Origin: Octopus sinensis
Taxonomy: Eukaryota
NCBI RefSeq assembly: GCF_006345805.1
Contig: NC_042997.1
Coordinates: 59,334,001 to 59,398,000 of the forward strand
Direction of reading: 5' to 3'
Length of the DNA: 64,000 nucleotides
Positions 39,310-53,096 of the stretch are shown here, one piece after another (position 1 is the stretch's first letter; every line of letters begins with the position of its first letter). The position numbers were made by a program, and so were the translations under genes. The notes below the pieces were generated by a model. That model was not told where the DNA came from and made no database searches. It saw nothing but the letters and a program-made list of their open reading frames with translations.

Positions 39310-40525
39310 TTCTACTTTAGGCACAATACCCGAAATTTTTAGAAAGGGAGCCAGTCAATTAGATCGCCCCAGTATGCAGCTGGTACTCAATTTATCGACC
39401 TCGAAAGGATGAAAGGCAAAAGTTGACCTTAGTGGAATTTGAACTCAGAAAGTAAAGACAGACGAAATACCGCTAAGCATTTTGTCCGGCATGCTAATCA
39501 GAAGATAAATATAATTATAGTAATCTATGTATCACACACTGATACAGTATCAATAAAATATTATTGTTGCTGCTGTTTAGCACCAGGTTCATCCTGATCC
39601 AGAAGAATATGATCAAAGGTGTTCCAGCCATGACCATCCTAATTTTTATTTCAGCAGTGTATCTTGTGTTACATTAATCAATATATAATTATTTTCAGTT
39701 GTGGAGCATGAAAATAAGGAAGATTTGGTTATTATTTTAGTGACTCTGATAAGATGAAAGACAATGTTAAATGCAGTAGGATTTGAATTCAGAACATAAA
39801 AAGCCCAAAGAAATACCACAAAGTATTTTCTCCGATGCTTTAATGAATTTATCCAGTTCACTGCCTTAAAATAATGGCTTCTAATTTAGGCACAAGGCCA
39901 GAAGTTTTGAGGGAAGCATATCAGTCAATAATACTGACCCCAATGTATCATTGGTATTTTATTTCACTGACCCTGGAAGGATGAAAGGCAATTTTGGCCC
40001 AAGCAGGATTTGAACTCAGAACCTAAAGAACTGAAACAAAAATCCCAAGGTATTTCTGAACCCCAAACCGATCTGCCAATCCTCTATTCTAATAAAAATA
40101 ATGGTTTCAAATTTTGGCACAATGCCAGCAATTTTACGGGAGGGGTAAGTCAATTACATTGACCCCATTGTTCAACTGGTACTTATAATATTGACCCCCA
40201 AAAGGATGAAAGGAAAAGTTGACTTTGGTGGAATTTGAACTCAACATAAAGACAGACAAAGTGTTGCTAAGCATTTTGTATGATGCAATAATGAATCTGC
40301 CAGCTCGCCAATCTAATAATGATTTCAAATTTTAGTACCAGGTCAGCAATTTTGGGAGAGGGCACGAGTCGATTACACTGACCCTAGTGTTCAAGTGGTA
40401 CTTATTTTATTAACCCTGGGGGATGAAAGGCAAAATTGACCTTCACAGAATTTGAAATCAGAACATAAAAACTGATGAACCATCACTAAGCATTTTGTCT
40501 AGTGTGCTAATGTTTCTGCCAATTT
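39310..40525 (-). mobile_element. Cluster of five co-oriented family A SINEs
   Basis: GGATGAAAGGCAAAGT..AC..GGAATTTGAACTCAG core repeated five times, separated by (AAT)n-like tails. Confidence 0.85.
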
Positions 40526-41469
40526 GTTGCCTTGATGACGATGATGATAATAATAATTTTTTCTCATATTGTTCACAAAGGTCCAAGATATTGGACCTTT
40601 GTGGTTTTGTACTTGATATAGCAGGAGTGGGAGTTTACACTGAGTAGAAAAAGAAAACAGTAACAATATATCAATAAGAGAAAATCTCTAATAAACAGAA
40701 CCAACCAACAATCAATCAAAGCATTCTACTTAATAAATATTACTTACAAATGCACAAGGCTAGAAATTTGAAAGGTGTGTGCCTTGAAAGTAAAAAAATT
40801 ATGTTGGGGCTATGTAGTAAGAAGTTTGTTTCCTAACCACATAGTTCTGCCTGCATCTGTTGTAGAACTAAATGTCAAAAAAGTTCAGGAATCACTGCAA
40901 CAATCTATTTCTTCTAAGATTTTATGACTAGTTTTACTGCTAAACAAAGGAGAAAAAAAAATGTACACATACATCCATACATATATATATATATATAGAT
41001 ATATAAAACCAATTATTTATCTATAGAATCACTATACTGGTAGTGATGGGCCGGGGAGCCTTACTAAGTTCATGCAGCTTTTGAAATTTTATACTATACA
41101 TTAGCTATTATTAGTTTTTGCACAAAGCATCAATTAAGTTGTCACAGCAACAGAAAGCAGCTCCTAGATCCACAGTGAGATCGCAGATGGAAAATACCAT
41201 TTGCTTATTGGTGTGTGTGTGTGTGCGTGTGTATATGTGTCATTTTGGATAAAAGCTGCTGATACAGCCATTTCCAGCAGTAATGTACTCTAACGGCTAA
41301 GAATGACACCACAAACAGATTCCTTGAAATGCTTTACATTTGTATGTACATGCATGTATTAGTGTATACAGGACTTTAAGTGAATATTTCATATATGCGT
41401 TAGTATGGGCAAGTATGTATATCTATATATCAGTGTGTGTATATGCATACATAAATATACACATATATG

Positions 41470-41970
41470 CAAACACATACACACACATATGTATGCACCT
41501 CTCTCTCTCTCTCTCTCTAAATATATATATATATATACACATATGCGTAATATATATATATACATATGCGTGTATGTATATATATACAATTTATATGCAT
41601 ATATATATATATATATACATATGCGTGTATGTATATATATACAATTTATATGCATATATATATATATATATAGGTAAACAGTAAAATTAAATACAGACAT
41701 GGACAAGAACATGAAACACCACAGAGACGACACAAGAACCACAGGACGGGACATTCGAAGCCCTCAGTCATCAGTCAAGAACCAGATCATCTTAGCAATT
41801 TCGGCTGATTATATATATATACATATGCGTGTATGTATATATACAATTTATATGCATATATATATATATGCATATATATATATATATTATATATATATAT
41901 ATATACATATATATATACATACACATGCATTCATATATGTGGGTGTGTGTATATATATATGTGTATATGT
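41470..41970. repeat. (TA)-rich minisatellite (ATACATATGCGTGTATGTATATATACAATTTATATGC unit) interrupted by a dispersed repeat
   Basis: Unit occurs 2-3 times before 41680 and again after 41815. Confidence 0.8.
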
Positions 41971-42346
41971 AACTCCATTGATTTGTGTTAACTTGGGTCT
42001 GAGTAGTAGATCTGTAGCCAGTGATTGAGCCTCTTCACCTCGATGGGTGCAAAATGTGTGTGCGTGTGTACACGCACACGTAGTATACATACCATATTTG
42101 ATGGTTTATAAGTAAACAAGAATTTCTCAAAAAGGTTACCCTGGAGCCTATATGTGAAATTAGACCTCGTATAAACTTTAATGCACTAACAGGTTTTCCT
42201 GAATATGTACTGTAGAAACTGGTTATGTCTATTATGCCTATGCATTTTTTATGCCATCCAATATGGTATATATATATATATCAAATGGATGTGTTATAAT
42301 ACTATTCCACATATACAAAAACAGCTATACCAAGAGTCTAACATAC

Positions 42347-42424
42347 CTCCATCATTAGTTGTCCCACGGATATCGTTATGGTTTTGACACCTGGGCAGCA
42401 CCAATCTAGCAGTGTTGACAGCAT
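42347..42424 (-). CDS. Candidate alternative first coding exon of the RGS gene
   Basis: ATG 42424, 26 codons MLSTLLDWCCPGVKTITISVGQLMME, donor GAG|gtatgt in phase 0 matching the 32490 acceptor; in-frame stop upstream. No homology support. Confidence 0.4.
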
Positions 42425-43005
42425 GAAAGTAAGTGTTGTTTGGGAACAAACATACCAAAAGAACCAAAATTTTCAAACACATTTACCCTATGTAAAACCG
42501 TACAGAGGAAATGATATTGTCTACATTTCTCTTATGGTTTTATTGGAAAATATATTTGAATAACTATTGTCCTTTTTAAAAAACATTTTTACTATTTTAA
42601 GTGCCTCCTTAATAATATTAGTCATCACTTGAGCCCCATATAGAATAATTAAACATATAATATCCTTTTTATTTCTTATACTTTTTATATTATCATTATT
42701 AGTAGACATCATCGGTAATTCTTGGGTATATTATATCTCTTCTTGTATACATTACTATGTTTCTTACTATCGCTCATATGTAAAATTAGATATATAATAT
42801 TTTGAAAAAGAACCTGAAGATGTGTTGGAATAATTGTAAATCTGACAATTGCATATATGTATTTATATATATATATATATATATATGGTATAGAATTGTT
42901 AATATGTATATATATTGTAATCTTCCAATACTGAAACACGTGTAGTTCCTTCATATTTAATAAATTTAAGTATTAACTAAAGTAGGAGATAATTAATGAA
43001 CTGCC

Positions 43006-43400
43006 ATGCTTCATGGTAGTGAAACATGGGCTGTGACTGCGGAGGACATGTGTAGGCTTGAAAGAAATGAAGCTAGCATGATCCACTGGATATGTAATGT
43101 CAGTGTGCACACATGACAGAATGTAAGCGCCCTGAGAGAAATGTTGGACATAACAAGTATCGGATGTGGTGTGCAAGAGAGATGTTTGCATTGATATGGT
43201 CATTTACTACGGATGGTGTGGAGAGCTGTGTGAAGAAGTGCCACTGCCAAACAGTTGAAGGATACTGGGGTAGAGGTAGACTCAGGAAGACATGGGATGA
43301 GGTGGTCAAGCATGACCTTTGAACACTGGGCCTCACAGAGGCAATGACAAAAAACTGAGACTTCTGGACTGCAAAGATCCGACAAATGAAGTGAATTCAT
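43006..43400 (+). mobile_element. RTE LINE 3' fragment
   Basis: MLHGSETWAVTAEDMCRLERNE...YGHLLRM...GRGRLRKTWDEVVKHDL. Confidence 0.85.
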
Positions 43401-43959
43401 GGCTTGCAGGACGGCCTGCTTGCTTACCTCAGATTGAAGGGTGACCTGCTGTGCTTGAGGGGACCTATTGAATGAAGTGCATCAACATCAAAATAAAAAT
43501 CAAATAGAAATTGTAGTTGTGATACCCATGCTGGTAGCACATAAAAAGCACCAACTGATCATGGCCATTGCCATCCTCCTCTGGCCCCTGTGCTGGTGGC
43601 ATATAAAAAGCACCCACTACACTCACGGCGTGGTTGGCATTAGGAAAGGCATCCAGCTGTAGAAACACTGCCAGATCAGACTGGAGCCTGGTGCAGCCTC
43701 CTGGCTTCCCAGACCCCAGTTGAACCGTCCAACCCAGGCTAGCTTTTGTTAAATTTTTGAAATATATATATATATTTAAATATATATAATATATATATAG
43801 GCAAAGGAGTGGTTGTGTGGTAAGTAGCTTGCTTACCAACCACATGATTCCGGGTTCATTCCCACTGCGTGGCACCTTGGGCAAGTGTCTTCTACTATAG
43901 CCTCGGGCCGACCAAAGCCTTGTGAGTGGATTTGGTAGACGGAAACCGTCGTATATATG

Positions 43960-43992
<33 letters not shown>

Positions 43993-44310
43993 GTTTGTGT
44001 GTCTGTGTTTGTCCTGTCCAACATTGCTTGACAACCGATGGTGGTGTGTTTATGTCCCCGTAACATGGCAGTTCGGCAAAAGAGACAGATAGAATGAGTA
44101 CTGGGCTTGCAAAGAATAAGCCCTGAAGTTGATTTGCTTGAGTAAAGGCGGTGCTCCAGCATGGCCAGTCAGGTGGCTGAAGCGAGTAAAAGAATATATA
44201 TACATACATGTGTGTATGTAGATGTATATATCAATGTGTGTGTGTGCATGTATATATATATATAAATTATCATTTAAAGTACATGTTCTATGCAGGTGTG
44301 CGTTGGACTA

Positions 44311-44834
44311 TATAAATATAAATTAAATTAGAGATAAAACCACTATTAGGCAAATCAAACAGTGAAAGACATAAACCAAAACATAAAAATAAATATAATT
44401 AATATAATATACAAAATAAATAAAATATAAAATTTATATTTATAAATTTTGAAACTTTTAATTTTTTAATCAATTATTTTTTCTTTTTAAAATATCAAAA
44501 AGTATTAAAGAGTTTAATATAATATAATATAATATAATAAGTAATATAATATAATGGCTAAACTGGCAATATGACCATTCCGAAATATAACAATAATAAG
44601 TACTTATTATATTAAACTTTTTAATACTTTTTGATAGTTAAAAAAAAATTAAAAAATTAAAAGTTTAAAAATTTATAAATTTAAAATAAAAAAAAAATAA
44701 AAATTTATAAATATAAATTTTATATATATTTTGTATATTATATTAATTATATTTATTTTCATGTTTTGGTTTATGTCTTTCACTGTTTGATTTGCCTAAT
44801 AGTGGTTTTATCTCTAATTTAATTTATATTTATA
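44311..44834. mobile_element. AT-rich foldback MITE with about 200-bp inverted arms
   Basis: TAAATATAAATTAAATTAGAGATAAAACCACTATTAGGCAAATCAAACAGTGAAAGACATAAACCAAAACA is mirrored exactly at the other end; TA termini. Confidence 0.88.
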
Positions 44835-47800
44835 CTGTGAAATTTGATTTAATCCTAAATCTAATTTTTCCCTGTAAGTTTGGATATACTCCCTAATATT
44901 ATTATTATATATATGTGTCTGTGTGTGTGTGTGTATCTTTTTCTTTTACTTGTTTCATTCATTAGCCTGCAGCCATGAAGAATTTTACTTGAACGAATCA
45001 ACCCCGGTATTTATTTTTTTTGTAAAACCTGATACTTGTTCTATTGGAATCTTATGCTGAACTTCTAAGTTATGGGAATGTAGTAAATATACCAACACTT
45101 GTTGTGGAGTGGTAGTGGGGAACAAAAAAAAAAAAAAATCGTTGATTAATTAGAGGGAAGTAATCCAGCTTTACATGAAATAAGTTATTTCCCTTATAAA
45201 ATGATTCAAGCGCAAAAGATGGAACTTTTTCTTCTACTTGCAAAAATTTTCGAATAATTATTTTATCAGGTTTCAGCAATGTGAAACCAGATGAAAGAGA
45301 AGGCTCTCTTTTCTCCAATCTTCCACTGGTCAAATGAAGGTAGCTTTTCCCGACGAAGGAATTGAATCTAGCACTGGCAAACAACCAGATACACGTTATT
45401 GTTAATGGTTGTTGAAAGCTATGCGTTTAGTAACAGGCCTGATATCTAATAGTTGATAGGAACCAACCACTAATTCCTCAGTGTCTTATTTATCTGGTCA
45501 TTTGCACTCATAGAAGTTTCTTTTACAATAACACTCTCAACTACATTCTTCCATTACCTATTTTCTCAAATTGTTTTAACCCCCACCTAGCTTACTAATG
45601 ACCAAAGACGCCTGCCTCGTCTATGACCATTTCGTCCTTTACTCAACCACTGTACACACAGAAATAATGCCATATATCTTCCTTTTCAAGACTGTACGGT
45701 GTAATTTGTCAAAGATTTAGCTTTTGTTTCCACTATCAAGCGACCACATAGGAGTTTCCGCATTTTAACATTTTTTCTTTCCTATCTCTAAACTCATACA
45801 TGAATACTAGCAGTCGGAATGTAAATTTTACGTGGTCACGCCTATGTATGTGTATCTATCTATACACACATATATATATATATTTAAAATAATAAGGGTG
45901 AAAAATTGAATATTAATTTGATTAATCTCAATTTAAAACCAGTGGTCTAGCATATCAAAATCTGAAGATTCAGAAAAATTATATTACATACATATAAGAG
46001 GAATGACCACTACGTGGTCTACTTCTAGCATAATGGATGTCCATGTTGTGGTCATCCCACTTACATGTACATGTATATTATATATATATATATATATATG
46101 CATATATGTGTGTGTATGTCTGTATCTATATATTTATATAATTTTCCATTTTCATATATATGAGTTTTTTTTGTTTGCTTTAAGAAAGTAGAGTGTTATT
46201 TTAGGCATATTTAGCTGCCATTTCTTGCAGCTTCAGCAGATATATTAGAGACACATTTTATTTTTTAAGCCGAAACCCTTATTATTTTAGTGCTCAATCA
46301 AGAAGAGTGGAACCAGTTTTGTCAGTCAGAATAACTGGAGAAAGTAAAGTTATGTACTTTGTTGGAGGGTATAACAGTAACTACAGTAAATTTAGAACAG
46401 AAGATCATGTAGTAAATGGCTTAGCACCATAATTTTACAGCTATTTCTTAATATCTAGTTTTCCTGATGTAAAAGGCAAAGAATCGGTTCATCTAAATTC
46501 ACCTAAACTCCATCAAGGAGATCCTACAGCTTTCTGATCTGCTGGAAATAGCAGCTAAATCTCTTGCATGTAACTGAAACAATGTATTGGTTAATCTAGC
46601 CATAGATACACTACACCGGGAATAAAAAAAAAAAAAAAAGAAAAAGCAGATTGGCTGGGACTTGAAAGAAAGATTGGTTGTGACAGCTGACAGGCTAAAC
46701 AACAATAGTGAGAAAATATACTTGCACTGAGCAAACAGTTCTTTTTTTATTTATTTAACCAACCCATCAGTGCATTGTCAAGATGTGATATCCTGTATCA
46801 TCTTGAATACAAGTACATTGGGTCAGTTGCAGTTAATCTGCTAACTTTATACCATTGCTAGTTAGCCTATGTCTTATCTTTTTTGTATTTACACACACTT
46901 TGTCCAACCATTCTCCATGTTACAGCAGAGTGGCAATTAAACTTTAACACCAATACTATGGATTCTCTAAATATCCATTATGTAAAGGATTCTTACAAAA
47001 CAGAGGCAAGCTCATGTTGCCCTTTCTGGCCAGCATTTCCATCTTTGGGAGAAGAGGAAGAGATATATATTGAACAGTACATGAATCTGGCAAGGCATGC
47101 ATCAACTGGATTTTAAATATAAGTTTGAAGGTGAGAAAGACCCTATATGAAATAAAAAAAATGTCTTAATCCTCAGGAGAGCTATGTTCTTTCAGAACAT
47201 CAATTCCCTCCCTGGTTGTCCAACCAATAACCTAGGAAAACCAAAAAAGGCTATGTGCATTTTCCTTTCTACATCAAGCAAACATGAAAAGATAACAAAA
47301 AACGAAAAAAGTAATGTAGTAATGTACCTTGCTGAATAACACATTGTAATGAATAGGTTTTGCAATGTTTATATTAGACTTTAGAACAATAGTCCAGTAC
47401 CACACACAAATGCTTACACTGGAAACAAAACTCACACAATTTTATTTCTTGGCATTTATAAAAGAGTAAATTATTTAGCCATCTGTAAAATACCATCGAT
47501 TGTAATTCCAGTCGTGTTAGATAAAGGTAGTTGTTAAATCATTTACCAAAAGATATTCTATTTTGTTCTTGTTTGTTTTAACCTGTAAGTTAAACAAATG
47601 GTGGATGTAAAATTTCATCTGTAAACTAGTTTTATTCTATGAGTTTTGGAATCATTTTATACAATGTAAAGTAATTGAAGATATAATTGATACAGCAGAA
47701 TACATCCAGCAATCAATAATGATTATTAGTTTTAAGTTTCATCTTTGTAGCCAGACCATAAAATTTCCTAGACCTGGTTTCTATTATCAAAACTTGACGG

Positions 47801-50039
47801 TAGATAAATCTCTAAGATAAGGAGCCAATCAGCAACAGATAACTATCCTCAAAGATCAGAGCCAACTAAATCAAGTTAACAAAACACTGTTGGTTACACT
47901 AGGTTTTTGTTACAGTAATGAAATGTAATTTTCTTAGTAAAAGCCAGTGGCTCATTACAAATTAAGAGCTTTGCTAGATACATTGCAGCACCAATGTTAG
48001 TACAATAGTTCCCATCAACTCAAAGTAGTTGTATTCTCTAAATCCAGAAACTTAGAAAATAATATATAATGTGTATAAAATTTTTAAAGATAAAGTACAG
48101 TAACAATGTAAAAACTTAGTGGTGAGAGATAGTTTATTATAAGAAAAATAACAAACCTATCCCATTGTACATTAAGCCAAACAAGAATACTTGAAAAGAG
48201 TAGTTTACACTGTATGTCCTCCTTAATACCAAGCCTTGTTTTCATGATAGATTAGCAGGTACATATTGACCATACTTATCTAGTGCAAGAAATGTAGTTG
48301 AGTCAATGACAGGCATACAACACACACACACACACACACAGTTATATAAACAGTATTGGGAAATAGAAACTTTTCCAAGGCAATGTAATTATCTTTCTCC
48401 TAATTTATCAAGCCAGGGAGTTATCTAGTGGTAGATTAGAGTATTAAACCGATATAAAAGGATGATTAGGAAAAATGACTCACTAAACATCACAGCTAGA
48501 GAGCAGAAAATGGGAAAAAATAATCAAACAATCTTCTGTAGCAATAACATATGAAAAGATTAAACTTAATCTATCAATGAGTTTTATGATCCAAAGAAAA
48601 GAAAGAAAGAAAATTCATGATGAATAAAAGAATATATAACTTTAATTTCTTAGCAGCAGCTTATCTGCTGATGGAAGTTGTAACAGTGATCACATGCAGA
48701 GACTTGTCCTCATACTTGCTTAACAGTATGATGGAAAACTGAGGATTAGAAATAATAACATTGCTTTCTCAAAAGACAATGCCCCTAGGAAAAATGTAAA
48801 ATTTGGTTTCAAATTTGTATAGGAAGACTTTATCAGAGAACATCTCTAAAATGATGTTGTGTATCATCTATAGAGAACATGGTATGTAACTAAAGGGTCT
48901 TGGGGACTAATTAATTAATCCATAAAATCTGCAATAGAAATCTTGCCTTTGGTATAGTGACATGTTCTGAGAAATGACCATACAATTTTCTTCAATTTAC
49001 TACAGCACAAGTTTACAAGTATATTATCTTACATCTAAGAGTTTTTGTTGGTAAGGGGAAAGAAAGAGCTATCTCTATGCATGGAAACACAGCTGTAAAA
49101 AAGATTTTAGAACATATTCTCCATACTCTATATCAGGTGGCAAAGATGTAGTCAAAAACCTATCTATAAATAAACAATTACTGTTACATGATAGAAAGGT
49201 CAGACAGTACCCTATGCATGACTTGTTGGGGAAGGGGAATAAACTTCACTGCCGGTGCCTCCCACCAAAACGTTTGTGGACATGTGCCAATGTCTAAAAT
49301 CATCCTCAATATTATTACTGAGAGGTAAGTGTTATAGAAAAAAAAAAGCTCTTTGTAAGCAAAATCTTTGACCCAGTTTTGGCTTTACCATTCTACTTCA
49401 GCACTTTTATATTTATTACATTTTAGTGCATTTTTGTATCTGGTTTGCAAGATTCTTTATGTGATTTCATGTGGCTCTCCCCTAGACATGACAAAAGTTA
49501 TATTTTAGCTTTTTGAAAAAAAGATTGTATTTCATAAATTCATAACCCCCACTTTGTATCTATGTAAGAAATCAATTTATTCCAAAAGCTAAAGTGTGTA
49601 CGGATACTCCAGTACAGTATTGAACTATATACTTCCTAATTTATATTTTAATAGTGCATGAATTGGTTGACACTTACGCAAGGTGTCTCTTTTTTTTTGG
49701 GGGGGGGGGGCAAATATTGGTAAAGATAAAGAACCAGCATTGTTTCATAACTCCTACTGGGTTATCAAAGAAAGACTTGTCTTCAATGTCCCAAAGAAAG
49801 GTAGGTCCTCAGTAAGATACTGTCTATGTTTAGTAATTGTAGGTACAAAGAATTAACTAGGGAATATTATCTTAATCAAAAACCAGAATTATAAAACAAA
49901 CTGTATTCTCATAAAGAACTTACCATCACTTTACAGTACTTGTTTTGCTCATGTGATTGCTGTTAAATTCTTGATCAGTGCTGGTATATAAAAATGTTTT
50001 ATATACTATCATTAATCAAAGGGATATAAAGATGCTATG

Positions 50040-50345
50040 AAAGCACATGACTTAGTGGTTAGAGTATTGAACTCGCAATCACGGGGTAGTGACTTTGATT
50101 CCCAGACTGGGCTGTGTGTTCTTAAGCAAGCCAATTTTATATTGCTCCAGTTCACTCAGCTGTAGAAATGAGTTGCGATGCCACTGGTGCCAAGCTGTAT
50201 CAGCCTTTGCCTTTCCTTTGGATAACATCAATGGCATGAAGAGGGGAGGCTTGTATTCCATAAACAATCAGACTTGTACCTCAGAGGGTAACTGTCTAGG
50301 TGCAATCCCATGGTCATTCATGACCAAAGGGGGTCTTATAAAGAT
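50040..50345 (+). mobile_element. tRNA-derived SINE family C (relative at 55335-55490)
   Basis: GACTTAGTGGTTAG A-box-like head, B-box-like segment, then GCAAG...GCTCCAGTTCACTCAGCTG central domain. Confidence 0.65.
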
Positions 50346-52179
50346 GCTGCATTAGTCAATATGATAGAGTGTAATTTTGGGGAATCTGACTGCTATTTCT
50401 AGCAGTTTGAGCAACAGTATAGACTTTTTTTGCTGGGTCACTATACTTTAGTTCTTGTTGTTTTACCTAAAATAATACAGCAGTCACCATATATATATAT
50501 ATATGCAGGGGATCCAGGACCACATTATATAATGCATACTTTTCTAAGACAGTGAGGTGCGATTTAATCCTTTTGATACCAACCTACTTGAAATGCCTCC
50601 TAGTCCCATGATATAAGCTTCTTGTTTTAAAGTGATCTAAATTAAAACCTTCTATCAAAATTCAATGCCAATTTATGTCCCAAACACCAGCTTAAATTCT
50701 TCCTCCATCCATTTTTGCTGCCCTCCATTACTAGGAGGATCATGAAAGTAGAATCCTCAGGCACCTTCTCTATAGGCTCCTATCAAAAACAACCATCATG
50801 AAACTTTCTTGCTGGATTCCTAAGGATGACTAACAGAGTATAGATATTATCTAACTATTTTGCTTGTAGTCTATCTAGGTCTCCTGCCAATTGGTTTGGC
50901 TTGAAGAAACTGTCTTACAATCAATTCTTCATCAATTTCAGAATTCATTGAAATGAAAGCAGTGTATTTCAATAGAAATATAGTAATGAACATGTTAAGA
51001 GAAATTTGGTTGCTATTTCCAGCAAATAGCAACTACATAGATGTATCTTTATTAGCTTAGGTGTTCTTCAGTAATTCACTATGGTCCATTTTAATTGACT
51101 TATAAAAAGAAACTTTTTCCTTTAATGACAAAAAATCATTATCTAATCTTCAGCATTGTTCTTTACTTCATACAGATATTGTCAAATGAAATCAATATTT
51201 CATGCCATTAGAAGGCATAATTAGGATGTAAAGTTACTTTTCATGTGAAATGAAATGAAATGTATTCTGTGAATGAGTATCCTATTAAAGAATATATTGA
51301 TTTTAAACTTTTGGCACAATGCCAGCAATTTCAGGGGAGGGGGTAAGTCAATTACATCAACTGGTACTTTGACCCTGAAAAGACGAAGTCAGCTTTGGTG
51401 GAATTTGAACTTAGAATGTAAAAATGGACGAAATGTTACTAAGCATTTTACCCAGCATGCTAACAGCTTTGCCAGTTCACTGCCTTACTTCTTGATGTAT
51501 TGACTTGTTTTGTATCTGTAAGCCTTGTTCAAGCAAACAAAATACAGGAATATTTCATTGCACCATTTTCTTGCTAACACCAAATACACACATATTCCAA
51601 CATTCTACAACATAAAAATTGTCAGAAGAGCTGGAACAGCAGCCTTCACCTTTGAAAGCTCTACAAGACATTTTGCACACAGTTATTTTCATATAGTAAA
51701 ATAAGAAATGGCTGTAGACTTTAAATCTTGGTGTATTTTATGTAAAGAATAAAAAAAAAAGTAAAATGTAACATCCATCTAAATTATGATGTCGTTCTGT
51801 GCTAAATATTCTAGATATTTGAAGGCTGACTCAAGAATTTTATAACATAATTGTTAATAATCACCTTGTGATACATTTGAAACAATCGGTTGTTTACACC
51901 AGTTTAGAGTAAGACATTGTCAGGGCTATGTCATTGTGTAACAAACAGCTCAAGTTGAATATCAGTGTGATGTTACTGCAGACAGAACTTGACCCACTGA
52001 CTATATTAAACTTCACTTTCATCATCAGCTCTCTTTTTCTATATCTGTAGCTTAGAGTTGTTATTATTGCCACTCCCTTTAACAAAATCCAACAACTTGT
52101 ACCTATGTTAAAAATAATAACTTACAACATTGGCACAAAGCCAGGAGAAAATTTGGAGGAAGAATATAGTGTATTAAAC

Positions 52180-53096
52180 CAGGGGTTTCCAACCACTAGG
52201 TTGCACAGAAAGGATAAATTTTATTCCTATTTTATTTACTATCACAGTTTTCAGGGTGTTTTGCATTAGATTCGTCATTATCAATCACAGTCTTGTCAAT
52301 GTCAACTTCAAATTCATCAACTTCAATATCTTCAGTCCCCCATTTGTTGTCATGTATTTTGATTTTGTCATCATCATCTTAAATGTCATCTCTGTAGGAT
52401 AGAGGCAACTATTTTTATGAATAGACATTGACATTAGTGATTACTTATCAGAGAATTGTAAAAGAATATAAACAGTAAAAAATTTTGTAAAGGATTACAG
52501 CTTTTGCATACTAAAAGTTCTTGCACCTTACATTACTGTAAATATAAACACATTTAGTACATTAGATGTATGTAAGACTGCACACTATACATAGACTACA
52601 TACATACACAATATGACATAACCTTTTACTCATTATTTCATTTCTTAATGTATGTAAATGATCGACATGGAGCTTTTTAAGGAATACGTCAAAAGAGTGT
52701 AGAGGTAGGAATAATGAATAAAAATTTAAACTGATGTTATTTATTTTTGTCTTTGTCATGTTGTACATGCATATAGTGTTTTATGTAGTTTTATGTATAT
52801 CTAACGTACTAATTATAGGAAACTTGTAATCCTTTGCAAAACTTTTTAATGTTCACATTCTTTTACAAGTGATCAGTGATGTCAATGCCTGCTAAAAAAA
52901 AAAAAAAAAAAAAAAAAAACCAAGGAAAAAAAAACCATCGACAGTGACAACATTTAAGTTGGCAAGAACAACATTGATATAGACAACAACGTAATTGAGA
53001 GTCAAGATAACGAAACCAAATGTTGACAATGACGAATTTGAGGTTGACGTTGGTGAAATCGAGGTTAGTGATGAAGAATTTGAAAGGGAAACCCTG
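52180..53096. mobile_element. Probable non-autonomous hAT-like element with diverged internal inverted arms
   Basis: Termini CAGGGGTTTCC and GGAAACCCTG; 52410-52620 is a diverged reverse complement of 52740-52870; the 5' end resembles 34008-34120. Confidence 0.5.

Noticed and set aside
39310-40525. Regular repeat-spacer look (CRISPR-like) and tRNA-like heads
   Set aside because: Units are about 200-bp diverged SINEs in eukaryotic DNA; no intact tRNA cloverleaf or cas genes.
21410-49330. Several plus-strand AG|GTAAG donors suggesting an antisense gene
   Set aside because: A handful is expected by chance in 64 kb of AT-rich DNA; no linked coding frames.
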